Positions 1 to 6,359 of a stretch of 16,820 nucleotides of DNA are shown piece after piece. Positions within the stretch are counted from its first letter, which is position 1, and each line of letters begins with the position of its first letter. Position numbers and translations under genes: made by a program. The stretch lies in NCBI GenBank assembly GCA_040905425.1, contig JBBDRO010000050.1, forward strand, positions 1 to 16,820, in the 5' to 3' direction. Below the pieces are notes generated by a model. It made no database searches. It was not told the DNA's origin and saw nothing but the letters and a program-made list of their open reading frames with translations. Origin of the DNA: Gemmatimonadota bacterium. GTDB taxonomy: Bacteria; Gemmatimonadota; Gemmatimonadetes; Longimicrobiales; RSA9.

Positions 1-34
1 CCATGCGTTCCCGCGCCTTCGCCTGCTTGGCCAT
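1..34 (-). CDS. 5' end of a gene running off the left edge (MAKQAKARERM...), product unknown
   Basis: ATG at 34-32 follows a strong SD, GAGGAGGT (45-38). An in-frame upstream ATG at 64-62 overlaps the DUF6364 stop (ATGA). Only 11 codons are visible. Confidence 0.55.
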   Translation of the reverse strand, partial: MAKQAKARERM

Positions 35-60
35 GCTACCTCCTCGAGCTTCGGGAGCCT

Positions 61-294
61 TCATCCGCCGTATTTCTCATCGAGGTACCCCTTGTGCTCA
101 CGCACATCGGCCTCGACCGGCAGGATGCCGCGGAGCCTCCGCACGATGGGGGTTTCCTCATCAGGCTCGACGGGGAGCTGAGCCAGGAAAGTGCTCACCA
201 GACGGGAAATGCTCGTGTTGTGAAGCTGGCTGTAGCGGCGTGCGCGCTCGATCACCTGCTCGTCCACGCTCAGGGTGAGCTTTCGTGCAGCCAT
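61..294 (-). CDS. DUF6364-family putative ribbon-helix-helix antitoxin (77 aa)
   Basis: KLTLSVDEQVIERARRYS...TSISRLV...TPIVRRLRGIL...YLDEKY is the pattern I recognise for this family. An AGGAGG SD lies upstream of the ATG. Confidence 0.85.
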   Translation of the reverse strand: MAARKLTLSVDEQVIERARRYSQLHNTSISRLVSTFLAQLPVEPDEETPIVRRLRGILPVEADVREHKGYLDEKYGG

Positions 295-602
295 CGTCCC
301 CTCCTGGTGTAAAGCGCATCCGACTTCGCAGATGCCGCGGTGCGAGAATCCTGGATCGTAACGACGCGGACCCGATCAGTGCTTCGATCGTAGGTGAAGA
401 TCACGAGCATCCAACGCCACGGACCGAGGATGTACCTGAAGCCCTGCCACCGGCCAGTCAGCGCCTCACCGCTCTCAGGGAACTGAGCCAGTTGGCTCAA
501 TCGATCTCGGACCCGCGACCGCGTATCGCTGGGAAGGTTGAGTCCCCCGATCAGAAGCTGAAGATCCTCCGCCGCTGCGGGGGCGACGATCACCTTCGCC
601 AC
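270..602 (-). CDS. RelE/ParE-superfamily type II toxin (~110 aa)
   Basis: Start reassigned to the GTG at 602, 4 nt after the antitoxin stop. Sequence MAKVIVAPAAAEDL...LAQFPESGEALTG...FRYILG...LVIFTYD...VRVVTIQDSR fits the RelE/ParE fold pattern. Confidence 0.75.
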   Translation of the reverse strand: MAKVIVAPAAAEDLQLLIGGLNLPSDTRSRVRDRLSQLAQFPESGEALTGRWQGFRYILGPWRWMLVIFTYDRSTDRVRVVTIQDSRTAASAKSDALYTRRGRWLHESSP

Positions 603-606
603 GGCC

Positions 607-864
607 TCACAACTCGCTGAGCGGGATACCCTGCCCCGCTTGCGTCTCACGGAGGCCCTGCTGCGCGCGCTCGTATGCACCGGGGATAGCATCCAGCAGG
701 TCCACGATCGACGAAGGAGACGGCGATGCCTCTTCGATGGCCATGCTCAACAGCGAACGAGCGAGCGTTCCTGGATTCACATGGGTCCTCTCAGCGAGCG
801 CATGTAGCTTGATCGCATGCTTCTTATCCAGCTGAACATTGAAGCGAGTCGTCGGCTGATCCAT
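607..864 (-). CDS. Putative RHH/CopG-like antitoxin (85 aa), partner of the downstream RelE/ParE toxin
   Basis: Start reassigned to the ATG at 864 (SD GAGGT). N-terminal beta-alpha-alpha pattern (RFNVQLDKKHAIKLHALAERTHVNPGTLARSLL). C-terminus GLRETQAGQGIPLSEL is typical of RelB/ParD-type antitoxin tails. Lies directly upstream of the toxin. Confidence 0.75.
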   Translation of the reverse strand: MDQPTTRFNVQLDKKHAIKLHALAERTHVNPGTLARSLLSMAIEEASPSPSSIVDLLDAIPGAYERAQQGLRETQAGQGIPLSEL

Positions 865-898
865 GACTACCTCTGGTACACGGTTTGTGTTGACTTGT

Positions 899-928
899 AA
901 CATAATTGCGCGTTCTGTTCCCTGACAA
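899..928 (-). promoter_or_regulatory. Sigma70-type promoter of the TA operon
   Basis: TTGTCA (928-923), 18 nt, TATGTT (904-899) in an AT-rich patch about 35 nt upstream of the antitoxin ATG. An imperfect inverted repeat at 875-901 could be the autoregulatory operator. Confidence 0.55.
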
Positions 929-1125
929 GGTCTCGTTGCTCCGTTCGACGAAAGCTGGGGCACAGGCGGGTGCGAGAGGCCGCCGGGCGGCCACGCCGGG
1001 GACGCGGCCGAGGCGCAACGACCACAACTGGACAGCCTTCCCGCCCCTCAGGCACGTTGTGCCGCCTGCTGCTGTGACCACGACCTCAGCTGCACAGGCA
1101 ACCGGAGCGCGAAGGGAAAATTGAC

Positions 1126-1155
1126 GGGATGTGGTCGTGAATACGACCACATCCC
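1126..1155 (-). terminator. Perfect 13 bp hairpin, probable intrinsic terminator insulating the TA cluster
   Basis: GGGATGTGGTCGT-gaat-ACGACCACATCCC. On the minus strand it is followed by GTCAATTTT, a short and offset U tract. Confidence 0.5.
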
Positions 1156-1225
1156 AACCTTATCTCTGAAAACCCGGGTTAGGCGTGCGGTTGTGGTTGC
1201 TCCAGGGGGCGGGCGGGCCGGGGGG

Positions 1226-1320
1226 GCGCGTTATGCGGCGGGCGGGGCCGTCAGGCCGCGGGCGCGTTATGCCGCGGGTAGGCGCTGGCCGCGGCTGCGC
1301 CTTATGCGGCGGGCGGGGCG
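1226..1320. repeat. Three degenerate 35-36 bp tandem units
   Basis: TTATGC cores at 1231, 1267 and 1302. TTATGCGGCGGGCGGGGC is identical at 1231-1248 and 1302-1319. Confidence 0.7.
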
Positions 1321-1339
1321 CGTACGTGCGATCAAAGCC

Positions 1340-1531
1340 GCACGCGCGGCGGTCCTCCGCGGCCGTTGCGCGTCTGGTGGCGATTATTGCTATCGGAGTC
1401 GCACGCGCGGATGCGGGCGCGGCGGTTGTGCGTTTGGTTGCAATTATTCGCGCAGAACCCGCACGCGCGTAAATCGGTGGCGCCGGATGCGGGTTTAGTG
1501 GTACGGGATTATGCTGCGCGCCCCGCACGCT
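1340..1531. repeat. Degenerate ~60 bp tandem units (3-4 copies)
   Basis: GCACGC(GCG) at 1340, 1401, 1461 and 1525. Segments 1359-1388 and 1419-1448 are 25/30 identical at exactly 60 bp spacing. Confidence 0.7.
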
Positions 1532-1558
1532 GCGGCGGTCAGCGCCGGCGGCAGGCGC

Positions 1559-4500
1559 CTAAAACGACTCCCCGAAACTCAACGAGAACCTGCCGTCCAG
1601 CGGGCCCCGCACGCCGGGGCGGTGGATGGGCACGGCGTAGTCCAGGCGCAGGATGGCGTAGAAGACGTTCAGGCGGAGGCCCACGCCGTAGCTGGCCAGG
1701 GGGGTGCGCACCAGGTAGGGGTCGTCGGCGGGGCCGCGCTGCCATTTGAGGTGGATGTCCACTTCCTGGCCGGGGGCGCACTCGCCGGGGCGCTCGCGCG
1801 ATTCGAGGAGGCAGGCGCGCTCGTCCCAGGCCACGCCGGCGTCGAAGAAGGCCACGGCGTCCACGGGCGGGAAGTTGCCGATGAAGCCGATCTGCAGCTC
1901 CTGGATGACGGGGTAGCGGAGCTCCACGTTGGCCAGCAGCACGCTGGAGCCGATGAGCTGGTCGCGGGCGGGGCAGCTGGTGACGCTCGTGCCGCCGGTG
2001 CCCAGCGCGCGGCTGGCTTCGCACTCCCCGCTGCCCAGCTGGAAGGAGCCGCCGTCGTAGCCGCGCAGGTAGTAGGGGCCGCCCCAGTAGTTGCGGTAGC
2101 GCTCGGAGGCGTCCCCGGTGCGCAGGAGGCCCATGAAGCGGGTGGCCAGCACCAGCTTCTGGTTCCAGCTGGCGTAGTTGCGGAAGTCGGTGAAGAGCTC
2201 GTCCACGCTGAGGTCACCCATGGTGCGGGCGGCCTGCATGCGGTAGCGGCGGCCGTGCACGGGGCCCGTCCAGCCGAAGATGGTGTTGTCGAAGACGGCG
2301 GCAATGCTGGGGCGCAGGTAGGCGTCCGAGTCCACGGTCTCGTCGATGGACACCTGCTCCCGCGACTCGGCCAGGTAGCCGCGGTAGAGCAGCTCGCGCG
2401 CGTAGTGGACGCCCGAGAGGCCCAGTTCCACGCGCCGGAAGGTGCTGAAGGGGTAGCTCACCATCCCCTGTACCTGCCGGTAGACGGTGCGCATGAAGAC
2501 GTTGGCCACCACATCCTGGTCGGTGCCGTTGATGTCCAGCGGCAGGACACCGCCGCCCAGGTAGGCGTAGTAGGGCTGCTGGGCCACGGCCACGCCCAGG
2601 TCCGCGCGGCGGCGCAGGAACTGGTAGACGCCCAGGAAGCTGGCGTCCGAGAGCGAGCCGCTCAGGTTGCCGGCCAGCAGCAGGTTGTGGTTGCCCAGCA
2701 TGTCCGAGAGCTGGATGTAGCTGCCGCCGTAGAGGCCGCCGCCGTAGCCGCCGAACTGCGCGCCCAGGCTGGGGCGGCCCACGTAGTCGGCGGTGAGCTC
2801 CACGCCGTAGTCCCGGTGCCCGAAGGTGGCGGTGTCGGGCAGCGCCAGGGCGGAGCTGTCCAGGAGCGCCACCACGCTCACGGGCGCCGCGGCCCGCCGG
2901 CCGGGGGGCAGCCGCTCACTGGGGCGCACGCCCGCCGCGCTGCGATAGAAGGAGCCGCGGAAGCCGGCCGCGAGCGCCGCGGCGCCGGTGTCGGGCGGCG
3001 CCCCGCCCCAGCTCACGGGCGTATGCGGCGTGGCCACGGAGTCGGGCGGCGTGGCCGCGGAGTCGGGCGGCGTGCCGGCCGCTGGCGGCGCCTCGGGCGC
3101 TGGCGGGGCGTCGTCGCTTAGAACGATGTGCGCGGGCGGCGCCACCGGGAAACGAGGCAGCGCGGCCACGTCCTCCACCACGTAGGTGTTGTAGCCGGCG
3201 GTCTCGAAGTAGGTGAAGGCCAGGCGACCGGAACGCGACCAGGAGAGCACGGGGCTGGTGGGCGTGACGGCCATGACGCCGGAGAGGAAGTCCGAGGCGC
3301 GCTCCAGCGTGGCGCTCGCCAGGTCAAAGAGGTAGAGGTCATTCTTGCCGGTGCGGTCGCTCACCCAGGCCAGCTCGGTGCCGTCGGGCGACCACTGCGG
3401 GTTGATGTTCTTGCCCTCCTCCTGGTGCGGCAGCAGGGAGATGGTGCCGCCCGCCACGTCCAGCAGACCCACGCGCAGGTTGCCGTAGCGGAGCATGGAG
3501 AGATCGGCGTCCGGGCCGCGGTCCGTGCTGAAGGCAATGGTGCGGCCGTCGGGCGACCAGGCGGGCAGCAGGTCGGCGAAGCGGTCGTTGGTGAGGCGCT
3601 CCAGGCGGCCCTCGAGATCGGTCACGAAGAGGTCACTGATGCCGCCGTCCAGCCCCGTGAAGACCAGCTTCCGCCCGTCCGGCGCCCAGCTCGGCGTGAG
3701 CACGGCGTCCAGCTCGAAGCGCAGCTTCTTCCACACGCGGCGGCGGCGCAGGTCGTAGATGTAGAGCGCGTCCCGCCCGCCCGTCTGCGCGGCAAAGGCC
3801 ACGTAGCGGCCATCCGGGCTGAAGGCGGCGCTCGAGGAGAGGTAGCGCAGGCTCTCGAAGTCCGCGTTGCCGGCCGAGCTGATGAGCTTGCGGACGGGCT
3901 TGCCGGTGCGGCCGTCGGCCAGGACCAGGTCGAAGGCGTAGCTGTCCTCCTGCGTGAGGTACACCAACTGGGATCCGTCAGGCGACATCGCCGGCGCCAG
4001 GAACCAGGGGTCCTCCACCTCCTCGTGCCGCGTCAGCCGCGTGGCAATCTCGCCCGGCCGCGTGTACTCGGCCACCTGCGGGATGTAGGTGGCGCGCACC
4101 TCCGCCTGCCACTCGCGCGAGAGCTCGGGGAGCGTGAGCCCGAGCGTGGTCTCGAAGGCGCGCTCCACGCCCACGCGCGGCGCCTTCTGCAGCAGGATGC
4201 CCACCACCTCGTCCCCCCACTTGTCCCCGATGTAGGCCCACAGGGACTGGCCGAAGCGGTAGGAGAGGTAGTCATCCCGCACGCTCATCTCGCCGATGCT
4301 GCGGAAGTAGCCGGTCAGCACCGCGTCCCGCAGCCACGCCTGGGTGAGGGGGTCGATGACGCCCACCGAGAGGTACTCGGCCATGCCCTCCATGAACCAG
4401 AGCGGCAGGCGGACGGCCATGGGCGCGCCGGCGCTCATGACGCCGCTGCCGAAGAGCACGTCATACTGGAAGCCGTGCACCAGCTCGTGCGTCAGCACGT

Positions 4501-4903
4501 GGTCGAAGTCCGCGTACGACCCCGTGAAGGGCAGGATCATCCGCTCCTTGAGGGACTCGGTGACGCCGCCCGTGCCCTCGCCGATGAAGCCGCCGAGCGC
4601 ATTGGTCTGCTGGAAGTCCGTGTGGCTGGCGTAGACAATGAGGGGCTTACGCTCCTGGAACTCGTACTCCAGGATGCGCGACAGACGGGCGTAGGAGCGC
4701 TCGATCATGCGCGCGGCGTCCATGGCCGCCGTGCGCTCGCGCTCGTAGTAGTGGACGTCAAAGTGCTCGGTCTCGATGACCTGGAAGTCGAAGGAGCGGT
4801 ACTGCACCTTGTTGCGCCCGAAATACTGCGCGTGCCCCGCGGCGGGCAGAAGCGTAGCGGCCGCGGCCGCGGCCAGCAGGACGGTGCGCAGGCGTGGAAT
4901 CAT
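1559..4903 (-). CDS. Outer-membrane protein: signal peptide, peptidase MA-like zincin domain, TolB/PD40 beta-propeller, Pro/Ala linker, Omp85/BamA-type beta-barrel (1114 aa)
   Basis: Signal peptide ending ...AGHA/QYF. HELVH motif (4489-4475) plus PLWFMEGMAEY. Repeated P.WSPDG blades. C-terminal LRGY loop motif, YGVGLRLNV...LRLDYAVP and terminal FSLSFGESF beta-signal. Confidence 0.88.
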   Translation of the reverse strand: MIPRLRTVLLAAAAAATLLPAAGHAQYFGRNKVQYRSFDFQVIETEHFDVHYYERERTAAMDAARMIERSYARLSRILEYEFQERKPLIVYASHTDFQQTNALGGFIGEGTGGVTESLKERMILPFTGSYADFDHVLTHELVHGFQYDVLFGSGVMSAGAPMAVRLPLWFMEGMAEYLSVGVIDPLTQAWLRDAVLTGYFRSIGEMSVRDDYLSYRFGQSLWAYIGDKWGDEVVGILLQKAPRVGVERAFETTLGLTLPELSREWQAEVRATYIPQVAEYTRPGEIATRLTRHEEVEDPWFLAPAMSPDGSQLVYLTQEDSYAFDLVLADGRTGKPVRKLISSAGNADFESLRYLSSSAAFSPDGRYVAFAAQTGGRDALYIYDLRRRRVWKKLRFELDAVLTPSWAPDGRKLVFTGLDGGISDLFVTDLEGRLERLTNDRFADLLPAWSPDGRTIAFSTDRGPDADLSMLRYGNLRVGLLDVAGGTISLLPHQEEGKNINPQWSPDGTELAWVSDRTGKNDLYLFDLASATLERASDFLSGVMAVTPTSPVLSWSRSGRLAFTYFETAGYNTYVVEDVAALPRFPVAPPAHIVLSDDAPPAPEAPPAAGTPPDSAATPPDSVATPHTPVSWGGAPPDTGAAALAAGFRGSFYRSAAGVRPSERLPPGRRAAAPVSVVALLDSSALALPDTATFGHRDYGVELTADYVGRPSLGAQFGGYGGGLYGGSYIQLSDMLGNHNLLLAGNLSGSLSDASFLGVYQFLRRRADLGVAVAQQPYYAYLGGGVLPLDINGTDQDVVANVFMRTVYRQVQGMVSYPFSTFRRVELGLSGVHYARELLYRGYLAESREQVSIDETVDSDAYLRPSIAAVFDNTIFGWTGPVHGRRYRMQAARTMGDLSVDELFTDFRNYASWNQKLVLATRFMGLLRTGDASERYRNYWGGPYYLRGYDGGSFQLGSGECEASRALGTGGTSVTSCPARDQLIGSSVLLANVELRYPVIQELQIGFIGNFPPVDAVAFFDAGVAWDERACLLESRERPGECAPGQEVDIHLKWQRGPADDPYLVRTPLASYGVGLRLNVFYAILRLDYAVPIHRPGVRGPLDGRFSLSFGESF
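3025..3074. repeat. In-frame 21 bp tandem duplication in the linker (TPPDSAA / TPPDSVA)
   Basis: gcggcgtggccacggagtcgg, then gcggcgtggccgcggagtcgg, then a partial third copy. Confidence 0.8.
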
Positions 4904-4939
4904 GGCTTCCGGGTGAAGGCTATACCGCCAGGATGAAGG

Positions 4940-5350
4940 CTAAACCGCCAGGGCGTGCGTGGGTGCGTCGCCCCACAACCTCTCCAACTGATAGAACGCG
5001 CGGGCCGTCGGATGGAAGACGTGCACCACGAAGTCAATGTAATCGATCAGCACCCAGCGCCCGCCGCGCAGCCCCTCCACGTGGGCGGGCCGGTGACCGA
5101 CCTGCTTCAGCCCCTCGATGATGTTCTCGGCAATGGCCTGCACGTGCGTGTCCGAGGTGCCGGACGCAATGAGGAAGTAGTCGGTGGCGTTGGAGATGCC
5201 GCGCAGGTCCAGCAGGAGCGCGTCCTGCGCCTTGCGCTCGCCCGCCAGCTCGGCGGCCGCCGCCACTTCCTCGGGCAGGCCGAGGGAGGCCGGATCCACC
5301 GCGTTCTCGAGCTGGGCTTCCGACCGGGCCGGCGACTGCGTGTCATTCAT
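4940..5350 (-). CDS. rsfS: Ribosome silencing factor RsfS (Iojap)
   Basis: KAQD...LDLRGIS..TDYFLIASGTSDTHVQAIA...EG....WVLIDY.D.VVHVF....R.FYQLERLWGDA signature. Confidence 0.97.
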   Translation of the reverse strand: MNDTQSPARSEAQLENAVDPASLGLPEEVAAAAELAGERKAQDALLLDLRGISNATDYFLIASGTSDTHVQAIAENIIEGLKQVGHRPAHVEGLRGGRWVLIDYIDFVVHVFHPTARAFYQLERLWGDAPTHALAV

Positions 5351-5402
5351 GCTGTCTTAATCCCCCTGGGATGTGGATTGGTTCCGGCGAGGGCACGGGC
5401 GC

Positions 5403-5493
5403 TTGCGCGGTGCGCCGTGTGCCATGCGCGGTGCGCCGTGGGCCGTGTGCCATGCGCCGTGCGCCGTGCGCCGTGTGCCATGCGCGGTGCGCC
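5403..5493. repeat. Tandem heptamer array, 13 units, consensus RTGYGCS
   Basis: ttgcgcg gtgcgcc gtgtgcc atgcgcg gtgcgcc gtgggcc gtgtgcc atgcgcc gtgcgcc gtgcgcc gtgtgcc atgcgcg gtgcgcc. Confidence 0.92.
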
Positions 5494-5693
5494 GGCATCA
5501 CGGGTGCTTGCGCGATGCCCACTCGCATATTCGGGGCCGAGGGTGCGCAGCGCAATGTGGGGTGCTTGCATCGACCCGCGCGGCGGCGGGCGGGTGCGGC
5601 GGTGCGGTTATGCTGCGCGCCACGTAGCAGGTCACCGCGGCGGATGCGCGGTCCGCCGTGCTGCGGGATTCCGCAGAAATCTCGCGGCCAGCC

Positions 5694-5725
5694 GCCAAAA
5701 TATTGTATAAAGTATTTTGGCTCAA
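5694..5725 (-). promoter_or_regulatory. AT-rich inverted repeat overlapping a possible sigma70 promoter facing rsfS
   Basis: GCCAAAATA-N10-TATTTTGGC (5694-5721). Minus strand reads TTGAGC (5725-5720), 17 nt, TATTTT (5702-5697). Confidence 0.45.
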
Positions 5726-5889
5726 CCACGCGGCGGCGCGTCGAATTCTCCGGGCGCCGCGGAAGGTGGCCCCCCGCCCCTCATCCACCACCCGGCCGCC
5801 CCGCCCCCTGCCAAAACGGCGGCCGACCCTCCCCGGGCCGGCCGCCGCTTCATCCGCGTCCGCCGTGACGGCATTCGCCGCCCGGCGCC

Positions 5890-6357
5890 TCAGTCTTCCT
5901 TGATCACCCACACCTTGATCTCGGGCTTCACGTCCGTGTGCAGCTTGATCGGCACGGCGTAGACGCCCAGTACCTTGATGGGGTTCTCCAGCTCGATCCA
6001 GCGGCGGTCCACCTCGAAGTCCAGGCCGCCCTCGGCGTTCAGCTTCTCGGCAATGTCCGCTGAGCCGATGGAGCCGAAGAGCTTGGACTCCTCGCCCGCC
6101 TTGGCGTGGAAGGTGAGGCTGACTGCCTCGAGCTGCGAGGCGCGCCGGCGGCCCTCCAGGAAGTTGCGCCGCGCACGCTGCTCCACGCGCCGCTTCTCCT
6201 CCTCGATCTGCCGCAGGTTGGCGTCCGTGGCTTCGTAGGCAAAGCCGCGAGGGAGCAGGTAATTGCGGGCAAAGCCGGGCTTCACGGTGATCACCTCACC
6301 GGTCTCCCCCACCATGTCCATGTCCTGCCGCAGAATGACCTTGACGTTTCTTGCCAT
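5890..6357 (-). CDS. rplI: 50S ribosomal protein L9 (155 aa)
   Basis: Start reassigned to the ATG at 6357 (MARNVKVILRQD). VKPGFARNYLLPRG and KLFGSI motifs. Position downstream of rpsF-rpsR. Confidence 0.97.
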   Translation of the reverse strand: MARNVKVILRQDMDMVGETGEVITVKPGFARNYLLPRGFAYEATDANLRQIEEEKRRVEQRARRNFLEGRRRASQLEAVSLTFHAKAGEESKLFGSIGSADIAEKLNAEGGLDFEVDRRWIELENPIKVLGVYAVPIKLHTDVKPEIKVWVIKED

Positions 6358-6359
6358 AC

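Noticed and set aside
890..925. dif/Xer site (TTATGTTACAA on the minus strand resembles the XerD arm)
   Set aside because: No XerC-like arm 6 bp away. Better explained as the -10 region of the TA promoter.
920..1100. Hammerhead-like elements (CUGACAA...GACGAAA, and GCUGGGG pairing with CCUCAGC)
   Set aside because: The core deviates from CUGANGA, the cleavage triplet would end in G, and stem I cannot form.
1150..1190. Integron attC site (GTTAGGC at 1178-1184) next to TA genes
   Set aside because: No matching RYYYAAC inverse core at a suitable distance, no extended attC hairpin, and no integrase visible.
1226..1531. CRISPR or TIGR-like guide array
   Set aside because: Units are degenerate along their length and of two different periods, with no invariant repeat and unique spacer pattern. 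No cas or Nop-domain gene is present in the window.
930..1558. tRNA or other integration-target RNA gene at the TA islet boundary
   Set aside because: No cloverleaf with a T-arm and acceptor stem was found on either strand. GTTCGA at about 943 lacks the surrounding structure.
1511..4936. Long + strand ORFs 1511-3121 and 3128-4936
   Set aside because: Antisense shadows of the Omp85 fusion gene. High GC3 suppresses stops on the opposite strand, and they carry no recognisable motifs.
5343..5911. Protein-coding ORFs in the rplI-rsfS gap
   Set aside because: The translations are low-complexity products of the heptamer array and GC tracts, with no SD and no family features.
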